64,000 bases of DNA, taken from Chiloscyllium plagiosum. Taxonomy: Eukaryota. The stretch's first letter is position 1; every line of letters begins with the position of its first letter. This document shows positions 1 through 13,537 of this stretch, piece after piece. The notes beneath the pieces were generated by a model, which was not told where the DNA came from, made no database searches, and worked only from the letters and a program-made list of their open reading frames with translations. The position numbers and the translations under genes were made by a program. Location of the stretch: positions 51,914,662 to 51,978,661 of the forward strand of contig NC_057721.1 in NCBI RefSeq assembly GCF_004010195.1, written 5' to 3'.

Positions 1-272
1 TGGATGGTCTGGGAGATGATGGTTTGGTGGTGGGGGGTGGGGTCATGGTCAAGGGGGCAGTAGGAAGAGGTATCTGCGAGCTGGCGTTTGGCCTCAGCGG
101 TGTAGAGGTCGGTGCGCCAAACTACTACTGCGCCTCCCTTGTCTGCTGGTTTGATAGTGAGGTTGGGGTTGCAACGGAGGGAGTGGAGGGCTGCACGTTC
201 CGAGGGTGAGAGGTTGGAGTGGGTGAGAGGGGTGGGGGAGTTCAGGTGGCGGTTAATATCGCGGCGGAAGAA
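1..272 (-). mobile_element. Penelope-like retroelement ORF fragment (N-terminal to the RT)
   Basis: Minus frame reads SNLSPSERAALHSLRCNPNLTIKPADKGGAVVVWRTDLYTAEAKRQL, with the KPADKG motif of PLE polyproteins; runs off the window start. Confidence 0.8.
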
Positions 273-1640
273 AAAGACCCAGGTAAGTGGAACTTGGAGG
301 GTAACCAGAGATCAGGCACAGCCCAGACACAAGATAACCCAGGGGCTTTAGCAATCAGTACCCTTTTAGGCCCTCCCTCCGCATACAACATCTCTACTCC
401 TTCACAGCCTCTGTGTCCAAAAGAGCTGGAGTGAATGACTTGTTCAGTGATGCCTGTGATTGGGAGATGCAAAACACAGACGAGGGGCAATGCCATAAGG
501 TGGCTAGGGAAATGGGAACCCGCAGTACATGGGTCTGTGTGCAATTATCGTTCCTTTAAATGCACTCACATCAGTGGATACTACAGGCTAGTACTCTCAT
601 GGGTCAAGTTACTTACCCTGCACACTCTGAGTGTTATCATAGACATTTTCATCCGTAATACATACTTTTGTTTTCCAGCATGATGGAAAGTGGCAGTGAA
701 TGTTTCTCAGTCAGTAGCTTATAGACTCTGCCTCAAGATGTCGGTGAATCCCCAAACATCCAAACGCGTTTCCTGGCAGCCTTTTCTGTGAATCCTACAG
801 GCTTCACATTTCCCCAGATCCGCAGACAACCCTCCGATATGTGGCTCGACCTGGCCACCTTTCTGCCCAGCCCTTGACATATGAGGTGCCCATGCCAAGT
901 ATGATCATTTACTGCAATCCACCACCGCTCCACATGAAGCCAGGGTACTGTTGACTGAGGATAGCCCAAAACCCCACCCTCTCACCACCCCACCCAAACA
1001 CACACCCATCCAACACCCATCCCCCACCTCCACAGATACTCCTGACATTGAGCTAAGCCTTGACAGATTTCTCATTCGATTCTGCCACAACGCCACATAG
1101 CCCATCTCACATAACCCATATCGGGTTTCATCCAGTCTTTTCTCAGTCAGTGAAATTAAAAGAAGTCTTTCTTATATCTATGACAATTCAGGAAATTGTG
1201 TGCCTGTGGACATCAGACATGCACAGTATCAGGTTTGACAAAAATCATTAAATCAAACTGTATGGCTGTCATATGAACCTTCATATTAAATCATAGTCCA
1301 GCACTAAAGATCAAGTCACAGCATAACTTTAACTTTGTTACAGATTTTGTAATGTTTAGAACAAGCTTACTTACATTTTCCAGACTTCTTTCAGTCCACT
1401 TTGTCCTGTAGTTTCTTTTACATTTTAGTCCATTTCTATTACTCACTAAACTTTAACATTAAACCAACTTGAAGAGTAACTAGTTACAAAATAATTCACC
1501 TTTGGAACAATCCACGCCCATCACAACGCAAGTTGACGCAGCTGTTTTACTCACACTGGGAAGTATAACATACCTCTATAGCAACAAAGTTAAAAATCAC
1601 ACAACACCAGGTTATAGTCCAACAGGTTTAATTGGAAGCA

Positions 1641-1675
1641 CACTAGCTTTCGGAATGTCGCTCCTTCATCAGGTG
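1641..1675 (-). ncRNA. Minimal type I hammerhead ribozyme motif (Penelope-associated)
   Basis: CAC-CUGAUGA-AGGAG cgaca UUCC-GAAA-GC-UA-GUG: intact core, helix I CAC/GUG, palindromic AGCU helix III. Confidence 0.6.
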
Positions 1676-2731
1676 GTTGTGGAGGACACAATTTTAAAAC
1701 ACAGAATTTATAGCAAAAGTTTACAATGTGATGTAACTGAAATTATACATTGAAAAATACCTTGTTTGATGAGTTTTTCATCTGTTCGAATACCATGATA
1801 GTTTCACTTCTTCCATGTGTAAATCACAAAAGGTTTTTTAAAAAGTCTGTGCCATAATGTTTAGACTGATTCTAATCTAAGAAGTGAGATAACTGAGTCT
1901 TACACAAATTCATGCAGTTTTTGAGCAAAGTACAATGTAACTCTGCAAGTACAAGTTCACCCCATGAATACATATGTATATGTGTGCAAGTGGGTTTTTG
2001 TGTGTGTGTGTGTGTGTGTGTCTGGGTGGGGGGAGTGTGAGAGAGTGTGACAGAGTGTATATGTGTGTGTATGTGAGTGTAAAGTGTCTTAAGTCTGTGA
2101 GCGGGTGCATGTGTGTGTCTGGGGTGACACACACACTCACACTCCTACAGACACACACACTCCCACACTCACACATGCACCCCCTCACAGACTTGAGACA
2201 CTCTACACTCACACACATATATACACTCTCTCACACTCACAACCCCACAACCCAGACAGACAGTCAGACAGACACACATACGCGCACACACATACGTGCA
2301 CACATATACACGCACACGCACACGCACACACACAAAGACCCACATGCACACATATACATATACATTTGTGAGGTGAATTTGCAGAGTTACATTGTACTTT
2401 GCTCAAAAACTGCATGAATTCGTGTAAGACTCAGTTATCTCACTTTTCAGATTAGAATCAGTCCGAACATTATGACACAGACAGAGAACACGGGGGCTAA
2501 CACCTTCAACATATTGTCTAGCTAACACCAATTGTTACAGTTAACCTGAGAATGCAACTTTTAAAAATAAGTTTTGTCATTTACACATGAAAGAAGTGAA
2601 ACTATCATGGTATTCGAACAGATGAAAGACTCAACAAACAATCAAGATATTTTTCAATGTATAATTTCAGTTACATCACAGTGTAAACTTTTGTTATAAA
2701 TTCTATGTCTTAAAATTGTGTCCTTCACAAT

Positions 2732-2766
2732 CACCTGATGAAGGAGCAGCCTTCCGAAAGCTAGTG
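2732..2766 (+). ncRNA. Minimal type I hammerhead ribozyme motif (Penelope-associated)
   Basis: CAC-CUGAUGA-AGGAG cagc CUUCC-GAAA-GC-UA-GUG. Confidence 0.6.
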
Positions 2767-3213
2767 TGCTTCCAATTAAACCTGTTGGACTTTAACCTGG
2801 TGTTGTGTGATTTTTAATTTTGTACACCCCAGTCCAACACCGGCATCTCCAAATCATAGCAACAGTTTATTTGAGTGTGAAACACAAGAGAGGTGGTGAC
2901 GTGATCTTATTGTCACTAGCAACAATTTAGGTATTGCTCCAGGAGTTATAATCTTAAATCTGGCAGATATTGGAAACTGAATCTGAAACATCTACTGTTC
3001 AAAGTCTATTGTAATCATGAAAACATTGTTGATTGGCCAAGTGGGACATAACCAACAATACTTGAAAATGAAATTTATGGGAATTCAATTTTGAAACTTT
3101 GAAGAAGGCAAGTCGGATCAATAAGTGTCATTCAGAAGTTTTTTTTGTTGTTGTGACTGTTCTCCTGGCTAACTGATCTCATTTCAGGAAAGAAATCTTA
3201 CCTGATCTAGATG

Positions 3214-4195
3214 AACAAAGAACAAAGAGAACAAAAGAGAAGTACTGCAAAGGAACAGGCCCTTCGGCCCTTCAAGCCTGTGCCAATCATCATGCCCTAA
3301 CTAAACTGAAAAACAAACTTTCTGCCCTTATTTGGTCTGTATCCCTCTATTCCCTACCTATTCATGCAACCATCCAGATGTCTCTTAAATGTCACCACCA
3401 AAGTGCCTGCTTCCACCCCCGCCTCTGGCAGTGCGTTCTGGTCTCCTACTACTCTCTGCGTGAAAAACAGCCCTTTCACATCTCCCTTAAACTATTCCCC
3501 TCTCACCTTAAACCTGAGCCCCCTTATAATTAAAACTTCAGCCCTGGGTAAAAGCCTCTGACTATCCACCCCATCTATGCCCCTCATAATTTTGTAGACT
3601 TCTATCCTCTCAGCCACCATCACTCCAATGAAAACAACCCCAGGTTTTTTAACCTTTCGTCATAACAATGTCCTCAAGCCCAGACAACGCCCTGGTGAAC
3701 CTTCTCTGTACTCTCGCCAGAGCTTCCACATCCTTCTGATAGAGTAGTGACCAAAACTGCACACAATATTCCAAATGCGGCCTAACAAGGGTTTAATATA
3801 GCTGCAGCCTAGTTTGCTAACTCTTGTACTCCATGCCCCAGCCGACGAAACATGCCATATGCCATCTTAATCACCTTGACCACCTGTGTTGCCAGTATTA
3901 GGGAACTGTGGTGCATGTTAATGTTCTTAAGGGTTCTGCCATTTACAATATAATTCACACCTAAATTTTATCACTGCACATAGGTCTGAATTAAACTCCA
4001 TCTGCCATTTCTGTGCCCAAGTCGCCAATCTAGCCATATCCTGTTGTATCCTCTCACAATCCTCAGCATGATCAGCAACTCCACCAATCTTTGTGTCATC
4101 TGCAAACTTATTAATCAGACCACCCGCATTTTCCTTCATGTACTTTTTATACACTATAAACAACAGAGGACCTAAGAATGACTTCTGTGGAACAT
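3214..4195 (-). mobile_element. CR1 LINE 3' fragment (RT C-terminus and 3'UTR)
   Basis: ORF 3927..4280 contains LGPLLF...INKFADDTKIGG...WAQKWQMEFN; (aacaaag)n tail. Confidence 0.85.
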
Positions 4196-4199
4196 CAAC

Positions 4200-4625
4200 A
4201 GTCTCCATTCTGAAAAATACCTTTCCATCATGTTTCAGGGAACGTTTCAGGGAACACCTTTGGGACACCCACCCAACCAACCCAACCGCCCCATGCTGAA
4301 CACTTCAACTCCCCTTCCCACTCCGCCAAGGACATGCAGATCCTTGGCCTCATCCATCGCCAGACCTTGGCCACATGGCGCCTGGAGGAAGAGCACCTCA
4401 TCTTCCACCTAGGAACCCTCCATGGATGAATGTAGATTTCTCCAGCTTCCTCATTTCCCCTCCCCCCACCTTATCTCAGTCCCAACCCCGCCTCATTTCT
4501 GAAGAAGGACTTATGCCCGAAACATCGATTCTCCTGCTCCTCGGATGCTGCCTGGCCTGCTGCGCTTTTCCAGCACCACACTTTTCAACTCTGGTCTCCA
4601 GCATCTGCAGTCCTCACTTTCTCCT
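4200..4625 (+). mobile_element. Penelope-like 3' end (degenerate GIY-YIG region plus pLTR) inserted in a CR1
   Basis: RERFREHLWDT...HFNSPSH-like coding remnant followed by ctgaagaaggacttatgcccgaaac...cagcatctgcagtcctcactttctcc. Confidence 0.75.
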
Positions 4626-4849
4626 AGTTGATCTTCCACCACTACCCTCTGTTTCTGTGATCAGTGCAAAAGATAACCATCTAGCCAGCCCACCCTGAAT
4701 CCCATGTAACTTCTAATGCACAGCAATAAAGTTGACTCTTAACTGCCCTCTGAAATGGTTCATGAATTTAATTCAAACTATTACAAAAGCTAAAGAAAAG
4801 AGGAAGGACTGAAGGTAGCAAGGCTGTAAAATCTGTTCTGAGTGGAGAT

Positions 4850-6935
4850 CTTTTCATATCCATCCCCAAGTCTGGCATGACAGCACCTCTACTGACAGCT
4901 GGTCAAGTACTAAAAGACATAACTGCTCGACTGGATCTACAGCAGGTGGTGAGGGAACCAACAAGAGGAAAAAACATACTTCACCACATCCTCACCAACC
5001 TGCCTGATGTTGATGCAACTGTTCGTAACAGTATTGGTAAGAAGAACCACCACATGGCCCTTGTGGAGATAAAGTCTCATCTTTATATTGAGAATACACT
5101 CCACCATGTTGCCTGATTTAAATGGGATAGCTTTGGAACAGGTCCAGCAATCAAGACTGGGTATCCATGAGGTGCTCTGTGTGATCAGCAGCAACAGAAC
5201 TGTATTAAAACACAATCTGCACCTCACAAATTGACATTTCCCCCATTCTGTCATTACCCATTAAACAGGGGATTAAATCCATGTCAGTGGAGAGGGCAGA
5301 AGGGCATGTCAGGAGCAGCACCAGGCATATCTGAAAATGAACTGCCACCAAACAGGACTACTCGCATGCCAAACAGCAGAAGCAGCAAGTGATTGACAGT
5401 CCTAAATGATTCCAAACCAATAGATCAACCATAAGCTCTGCAGAGCTGCCACAACGTGTTGTGAATGGTGGTGAAAAATTAAACAACTCAGTGGTGGAGG
5501 AGGCATCACAAGTATCCTCATCGTTATCGATGGGTGAGCAGAGTACATCAGTGCAAAAGATAAGACTAAAACATTCACTCCTTAAGTCGAAGTGCCAAGT
5601 GAATGATCCACCTTGGCCTCCTCCAGAAGTGGCCAACATGACAGATACCAGTTTTCTGCTAATTTAATTCACTCCACGTGATATAAAGAAGTGGCTATAT
5701 GCACTGCATATTGGAAACCCTGTGGGCACCAACAATAATTCTTGTTATTCTTTTACAGAATATAGGCATCATAAAAAAGGCCAGCATTTTTTGTCTATTG
5801 TAAATTGCCCATGCTCAGATTGACTTCCTAGGCTACTTCAGAGGGATAGTTAGGAAATCACATTGCTGTGGTTTGGAGTCACATGTGGGTCAGACCAGAT
5901 AAGGATAGCAGATTTTCCACCTCTTAAAGTGAACCAAATGCTTTTAATGAAAATTGACAATCATTTTATAGTCATAATTTAAATTAATTTTAGTTCCAGA
6001 TGTGTTAATTGCACTCAAATTTCATTATCTTCCATGGTGGGATGTGAATGCATGTGCCCAGACTATTCAGATTAGTTCTTAGTTCATTGACAATACTGCA
6101 TCACCGACACTGCCATCAGCAGCAACAGCTCCCCCGTCCCCAAATATTCTGACAATGGTATTCTGTCTTCTGTTCCAGAACTTGCCAAGTCCCGAATCAA
6201 GCTGTTCCACTACATCATTGGCAGTTACCCAATAATATGCAAAATTGCCCAGTTATTTCTTGTACATAAAAAGTAGGTCAAATCCACGGTGGTCAATTAT
6301 TTCAATGTCAGTCTACTCTCGATCATCACTAAAATGATGGAAAGTGTTATCAGTAGTGCTATCAAGCAGTACTTGTTTAGCAATAGCCTGCTCACTGATG
6401 CTCAGTTGTGGTTCTGCTAAGGCCATTCAGTTCCTGTCCTCATTAAAGTGTTGGTTCAAATATGGACAAAAAAAAGCTGAATTCCAGAGTTGAGGTGAGA
6501 ATGACTTCCCTTGATACCAAGGCTGTATTTAATTAAGTATCAGAAGTCACATGACACTGGGTTATTGGCCAACAGATTTATTTGAAATCACCAAGTTTTC
6601 AGATGCTGCCCCTTCATCAGGTGAATGAAGGGGCAGCACTAGGAAAGCTTGTGATTTCAAATAAATCTGTTGGACTATAACCTGGTATCGTGTGACTTCT
6701 AACTTTGTTCACCCCGGTTCAATACTAGCACCTCCATATCTTAATTAACTGTGGCATCAAGGAGCCCTAGAAAAACTGGAATCAATGGGAATCAAAGAGA
6801 AACCCCTTCCGGTGATTGGAGTCATACCTGGCACAAAGGAAGATAGTTGTTGTTGACTATCTTCCTGAGATAGTGTGTCATCTCAGCTCCAGGACATCTC
6901 TGTATATCTTCTTCAAAGTAGTGTCCTGGGCACAA
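4850..6935 (+). mobile_element. Degenerate CR1/L2-group LINE ORF2 (endonuclease end to RT), interrupted by a SINE (about 5760-6110) and a Penelope palindrome (6542-6740)
   Basis: ORF 4877..5116 LQQVVREPTRGKNIL..ILTN; later RT-like segments with stops and frameshifts. Confidence 0.7.
6542..6740. mobile_element. Short inverted Penelope pLTR pair
   Basis: agaagtcacatgacac...ccccttcatcaggtg / aatgaaggggcagc...gtgtgacttct palindrome; ttaattaa on both flanks. Confidence 0.7.
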
Positions 6936-7999
6936 CCAAAGGGGCTACAATTTTAAGATGAAAGGCGCAGGAGGTTTAAAGGGTATTTGAGGAAAATGTT
7001 TTTTCACCCAGAGGGTGGTGGGGGTCTGAAATGCACTGTCTGGATAGGTAAAATTGGAAACCTTACAACCTTTGAAAAATACATGGTGAGCATTTGAAAT
7101 ATCATACCATTCAAAGCTATGAGCTTAGTGCTGAAAATTTGGACTAGTGTAGATTTAGTGTAGCTTTGGTGGTACAGACTTGATGGACCAATGGGCCTCT
7201 TCTATGCTCTATGATCCCATGAATGTAAAAGCACATGGGCTCTCACAACACTATGCATCCCTCTCACTAATCTGCCAACTCGTATTATGAAGGGTGGAAC
7301 CCGAAGGGCTGAACACCTCATTATGCATGAGGCAAAATGTCAGCTTCCTCACAATGGAGCAAAAGCTGGCAATCTGTTTGGTGATGGATTAAAGGATTAT
7401 GATTTCTGTTGATAAACATCAAGAACCTATTCTATTACATTTGCATTCTGACTGGAACACAAGACTATCAGTTTAAATTGTATCTTGTACCAGGTCTACA
7501 GAAAATGAGGAACTTGTGCCATCAGATTATGACTGTTTGAAGGTGGCACTCAGAAGGTGAAGTGCTCTTCTTAATGGACTTGGAGTCAGTAAGAGTTGCT
7601 TTTCTTGTAAGGAAACTTTGATTTACCAAGTGAGAGGAGACTGAGCTGTTGTAAGGAATGGTGGATATCCAGGGAGGTTGGAATATGACTGTTTGAGAAA
7701 AAGCGAGTGGATGTTGCCCAGTAAAGCTGGGGCATGACTATCCAAGGAAGGAGGGAAGTCAGGTCATAGCAGCCCTAAGAAGGGTAGTGAAGGACAGAGG
7801 AAATGAGCCAGACCATACAGGGGGAGTTCAGTCTCTAGTGAATGCAAATCAACGTTGACAGAGGGAGGGTCAATGGTGCCTGAGGGAAGGTTAATGGTGA
7901 GATTGGGGAAATCAAGGAGAAAAAGAGTCATGGAGAAATGAGGAGGTCAAAGGGCAGATGCAGGCTGATGACTCGCAGCTCCCAGTCCAAGTGTTTGTG

Positions 8000-9150
8000 G
8001 CCAGGGGTAAAGCTGCTACAGCAGGGAGGGGAGACCATGTCATAAAGTGGATTGGTGACAGTGTGGTGGGTGGAGACTAGCTGTGATTGACACACAACAG
8101 TGCCCTCCCTATTGGTCCATATTCACCAAGTCAAAAACGAAGGCCAAATGGAACATGTTGACCAGATCTTTACCAGCCTTCTGTTTGCAGTTCACTTCAG
8201 ATCTCATGCACCCTGTATGTTTTGATGCAGTGGCAGAGAAGAGGGCAACCAGAGAATGTCATAGGGCCTGCTGCAGCAATGGCTAGAAAGCCACTAACAG
8301 GCCATAATGGAAGGTCAGGCAGCTCAAAGTGCTGACAACCATGGTGCCAGTCCAGTCATACATCAGGTTGAAAGAACTATAATTAAAGTCACAGAACTAA
8401 CTTTAACAAAAATGGAAAAAAAAATGGAACCTGCTTCTTACTGTCCATTGTTTCTTATTCAAGAGTGAGGAGACAACCTGAAGGTGATGCAGGGTTATTG
8501 GTGTGAGAAGAAAGTGGGTAATGAGTGTGAATGAGAGAGGCTGTTCAATGTAATGGAACGGAATGTCAGCATGAGCCCTGGTGAGAGGGGGGTGCAGTCA
8601 CTGAGATGGAGTGACTGTGAGGGAGCAGAAAGCAGGATGCAGCACCTACCCTGAAGGAGCAGTGAAGATCAATTACACTCTTTGACATTGCAGTCCTGTT
8701 CTCTTCACCCTTGATATGGCACTGACCAGGCTGTGTTGGGTGGCATGGGCCTCTTCTGATGGTTCTCCAAGAAGAGGACAGCTCTTTGTAGCACCACCTC
8801 TTACAGGACCCTGTTAGAGAAACAAATTGGCACTTTCCCCTTCTCGGTGATCTCCCCCTGCAGTATCCACAAAGGAACAGTGCCACTGCCAATGTTAGCA
8901 CTTCTCCAGGTGTATTGTGGGCTTTCAAAGGTGGCACTGGCAAATGTTGGTCTTATGGTGGATGTCTGCTGAGTGCAGTGTTGATTGGGAGCAGCTTATG
9001 GTAAGCTGCGGTGAAAATTCGACACCATTGGGCAAGCATCAGCAAGTATTTCAGTAAGTTTGTTAAGATAATAGGAAGAAAACTTACTGGGTCTCATGGC
9101 AAGATTCTGTCCAAAAAAATTAACTCAACTCGTATTTAGCCAAAACATCA
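8000..9150 (-). mobile_element. Possible degenerate Harbinger/PIF transposon remnant (Myb/SANT-like ORF region)
   Basis: Decayed similarity to the element at 11500-12420 (ORF 8566..8943); weak. Confidence 0.35.
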
Positions 9151-10496
9151 TGAGATTTGACCCATTATAATGACCTTCAAATTTACACTTATTTAAATCT
9201 TTGTATTCAATTTGTTAATTGCATTTCAAACTTAATGTCACAAACAAATCTCTTTTAATTTGTCTTTAGTTTATTAAATGGGGCATGGTTGCTATTACTT
9301 TGGGTAATAACATAAAATGGGTGATTACAATTTGGAAACCAATTTATATCTCTGCTGAATGTTATTGTTTCACCTTCTGCTTACCAAACACTTTCTATGC
9401 TGAGTGCAAGAGTCTATCTATATAGTGATAGAACATGGACAGCTATAAGTCTTAACAAGAAGAGGCACTTGTTTGAGGTAACAAGGTATAGTTTATTGAA
9501 ATAACAAACAGTAAAATTAACATTTAAAATTTAAGCACAATTGCAACTATCACAAGCTAAGCGTGTTGTTTTTGGTATCCATCAGAATCTCATGGAAGAC
9601 TATCTGTTTTTCCACCCAAAGCCCGAGACATCAACAGGTGGGTTGGAACTCAATGCAACTCAATATTTACTCTTCCAGAACCATTACTTTATACAATAGT
9701 TGCTTCCATTGATTTTTGTTTAGCCAATACTACATTGGAGTCCCCAAACAATATTTTGCTCCTCATTCATAAATGCAAAAGCGTAAAATTAATATGAGAT
9801 GTAAGTAAAACCCAACAGTATTTTATCACTTCCCTTTACGGTGACAAGTGAACTATTGGTTGAAAATCTGTCTATGTTCCCTGACATCTATATTGGAGTT
9901 TAGCAGACCTGTTAGCACACAGACAGTGGGGCTTATATGGCTGAATTTCTAGATCAATGTGTCTTGAGACCTAAGGGAAATATATACAATTACAAACAGT
10001 CCTGGGTTGTGAATGGGTTCTGTTCTTGAGCGCACTCACAAGACCATTTTCTAGGCAAGTCAGAACACAATATATGACATGATAAAGGAGCCATTCAGAA
10101 ATACAGAAAATATTCAAATATCGGATCTTTATAATGACACTGTTATGCAGGGATTGCATTCGTAAGTACCAACGCTCATAAGTCAGATGTTCATAAATTG
10201 GGGACTTCCGGTGTACATCTTATTCCTTATATTTAAGTTTGGAGAAAATACGCTTATCTTTGACCTTTTAATGTGATTCCCTCCATTGTACAGAGACTGA
10301 CATTAACTCATTAATCTGGATATAAGACTTAAAATTAGTCGTCTGAATTGAAGATAGTATATTTCAAGGGGGATCGAAAACTGAAAAGCACAGAAGTTAT
10401 GCTGAACTGTATTGAAAGTGGGTTATATAATATTAGTATGCGTTGTATATGGCATTTAATGTAAAAAATAAGAAATGAACTGGAGGATGCAATAAA

Positions 10497-10841
10497 GATC
10501 ATAGAATTCCTACAGTGTGGAAACAGGCCATTTGGCCCAAAAGATCCACACCAACCCTCCAAAGACCATCCCACCCAGAACTATCCCCCTACCCTATATT
10601 TCCTATGGCTATTGCACCTCACCTGCACATCCCTGGACACTATGGTCAATTTAACATGGCCAATTCGTCCAACTTGCACATCATTGGGCTGTGGGAGGAA
10701 ACTGGAGCACCCAGTGTGAACCCACGCAGACACAGGAAGAATGTGCAAACTCTACACAGACAGTCACTTGAGGGTAGAATTGAACCTGGGTCCCTGGCAC
10801 TATGAGGCAGCAGTGCTAATCACTGAGTCACCGTGCCACCT
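10497..10841 (-). mobile_element. HE1/V-SINE-type tRNA-derived SINE
   Basis: Reverse complement of ggtggcacggtgactcagtgattagcactgctgcctca...tttccacactgtagg with tRNA A/B boxes and the V-domain core. Confidence 0.9.
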
Positions 10842-11499
10842 TTAATGATCTCACCAGCATTGCAAGATTTTAATTATTCAGAAAAGAGAAAGGCCAAGGG
10901 GTAAGCTAATAGATGTCTTGAAAATAATTAGTTAATTGCATAGTCATAAAATATTAGAAATTTACTTTGGCCACATTTTCAGCATGGAGATCACAATGCT
11001 TGAATCACAACCTGCCTACACCCTTGCAGATCAAGGCTGAGCTAATGCTATGTTTATTTTCCACCTCTTCTGCATGAATTTTATATTGGCTCATTCAAAT
11101 CCCGCATTGAATCCCTTTCTGTTAAACTATCTACAGCCTCTGAGCACAACGCAGCATCCTGCCAATATTGTGTGCAACTTGCATGATCCAGGCAGTTTGC
11201 TCTTTTCAAATGTTCACTGCCTATTAAATGGAGACTGCTCACATTGCACCATAAGAAGTGAGAGCAGGATTTGGCTATTTGGCCCCTTGAGGCTGCTCTG
11301 CCTTTCAGTGGAATCATGGCTGATCTTGACTTTAAAACAATTTTCCTGCACTATTCCTGTAAGTCTTGATGTTTTTAGCATGTAGGAATTTGTTGATCTC
11401 AGTCTAGAACATACTTAATAACAGAGGCTAAAAACTGACAGTGGCAGGGAATTTTAAATATCCACAGCCCTGTGAGTGATAAAGCTTGTTATAATTGTT

Positions 11500-12420
11500 A
11501 GCAGGCCTCTGTCAAGACAAGGTGGATAGCCTATGCTCAAGGGTTCCTGACACAGTAAGTCATGGGCAGCCTCTAAAATAAGTCATGGCCCTGTTCAGGT
11601 GGGTCAGAGTCAGGATCCTCTCCACATTAGGGGGATACGAAAGTGGGTGTTACAATTATTACTGTCGGTGCAGGTGGAGAAGTGCCCTGAGAGAGTAAGT
11701 AGACAGCAAAGAGGGCATACAGAGTTCATGCTGTCATGGGGTTAGTGTGATCAAGAACGAGCAAGGAAGATATTGCAGGCAATAGTGAAAGTGGTAGTGC
11801 ATGAGCTGTAGTGGAAGGTGGGAGCAGCAATAGAGTGAGTGTAGGATATTGCAGAGAAGGTGTTGTCATTTATGCTAATTGTGTGGTGAAGGACATCAAA
11901 CTTCTTCCTACAATGCTGGGAATTCCTCCACAAAGCTAGGATTGCTTTAACTTGGCTGGCAACCTCAGACATGACCTGCTGTTGTGGTCTCTACTGTTTA
12001 CCCTGGGGAGGAGGAAGGACCCCATCCAGCAGGACTTCCAAGATCCTGCCTGCAAAGCAGGGCATCAATGCCCCCTGTCTGTCATGTCTGAGGCAATTGT
12101 CAGCAATCATGCTTGGCAGATCACAATTGATAGTCCCTGTCCTGGTGCACAATGGGCTTTTAAAGATGGCGGCTGTGTAAGAGATGCCAGTGAATTCCGG
12201 GATATCCTCTGAGTGGCGAGTTGTTCTGGATATTGCATGTATTAATACAGGACAGAAACTGGACATGAGAGATGTTGTGTGTGTAAGGTAGGCAATTAAT
12301 TAGGAGGGTTTAGTAAAATACAGCAAATAAACTCATTAGATTTTACAGCAAGAAACGCTGCAGAAAATAGAATGGCAAATGAACATAACCAAGAAAAAAA
12401 AACCCATAAAATTCAGCCCA
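11500..12420 (-). mobile_element. Harbinger-type transposon remnant encoding a degenerate Myb/SANT-like DNA-binding protein
   Basis: Minus frames: PCFAGRILEVLLDGV and EVASQV...RNSQHCRKKFDVL (QCRKKFNDL-like trihelix motif). Confidence 0.55.
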
Positions 12421-12781
12421 TAGATACATTTTATGGGAGGCTACATAACTACATCAAGGAGAAGGATTTGTGGATAATGTTAAATAATGAAAGCTAAAAA
12501 GACGCTTGAGAGGAATATAAATGCTGATTGTCTCAATTAACCTCAATCTATGCATATGTTCTATTCACTTATATGAACTTCTATGATCAATAACTGTTCA
12601 CAACTTTGCATATCTGTTAACATTTGATTAAGATGAGCCAGATGAATCATCTCTTGGTTCATGTAGATGATCTCCTTTTTGTAGCTTATTAGATAGAGGT
12701 AGTTTTGACTTAACTCTGTTATTTCTACAGCACATTTACCTTTGATTTTTGTCTTGCACAACATACATTGAGCACAGAAAT

Positions 12782-12787
12782 TTTATT
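12782..12787 (-). promoter_or_regulatory. Candidate polyadenylation signal AATAAA for the IgSF gene
   Basis: First canonical AATAAA seen on the minus strand downstream of the stop (about 1.1 kb); a variant ATTAAA lies at 13659-13664. Confidence 0.3.
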
Positions 12788-13537
12788 CAGTTCTTGTAGG
12801 ACAAAGAGACAGTTTTTATCTTACAAAGATTGCACCAAGATTAAATAGGTGGAAGTAGTGGTGAATTGAGACTTAGTAAAGTGACATGAATTTGAGATGA
12901 TCTCTAGGGAAATCAATTTTGGCAGAGACGTCCAACTCGAAGAGGGTGGCCACATACAGTCCCTGAAAACTTGCAATTTGCTGCTTAAAGTACAATACAG
13001 AAGCTCCAATACCCTTTTGTTCAATTTGGGCATCTGCCCCACTTCTCTGGGCCTGCTACCACCTCCATTTCTCATCTTTTGGATGTGGCAATAGCAAAGC
13101 GCAAAGCAAAGCAATCCAATTAAATAGGCTATCCCAGTGAGCAGGAAGGAGCAGATAGCAGCAAATAAAAACCGAAAGAATCGTGGATACTGTAAATCAG
13201 AAACAAAAACAGCAGGTCTGGCAACATCTGTGGGGATAAATCAGAGTTAATGTTTTATATCTGGTGACACTTCCTCAGAACTCAGATAGCAGCCGTTCCA
13301 GTAGGGGAAGGGCTACTATAGTCAGGAAGGATAGCAGCAGCAGACAGCACTTCCCCAACAGTCACATTCGCAATTCAATATGGTCAAAACTATGGATGGC
13401 AATAAACTTTTTCAGGTAATAATTGTCCAGAGCTTAATGTAATTCCACATGGGATGTACATGGGATTCAATGACATGTATAGAATTATCAAGAGGAATGG
13501 ATGACAGTGGATTAACAGCTCCTCAATTTCTATAATT

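Larger units (their letters stand above)
1585..2856. mobile_element. Inverted pair of Penelope-like 3' ends/pLTRs around a (CA)n/(TG)n-rich core
   Basis: 1585-2120 is the imperfect reverse complement of 2130-2825; both outer ends carry CTGATGA-AGGAG...GAAAGCTAGTG and the cctgttggactataacctggtgttgtgtga pLTR motif. Confidence 0.8.

Noticed and set aside
616-700. Minus-strand frame ITDENVYDNTQSVQ ending at a GTAAGT donor, resembling a receptor tail; another donor-bounded segment at about 1375-1445
   Set aside because: No credible splice acceptor and no associated ectodomain or TM exons
1872-2417. Several ORFs rich in His-Thr or Cys-Val
   Set aside because: Translations of (CA)n/(TG)n microsatellite
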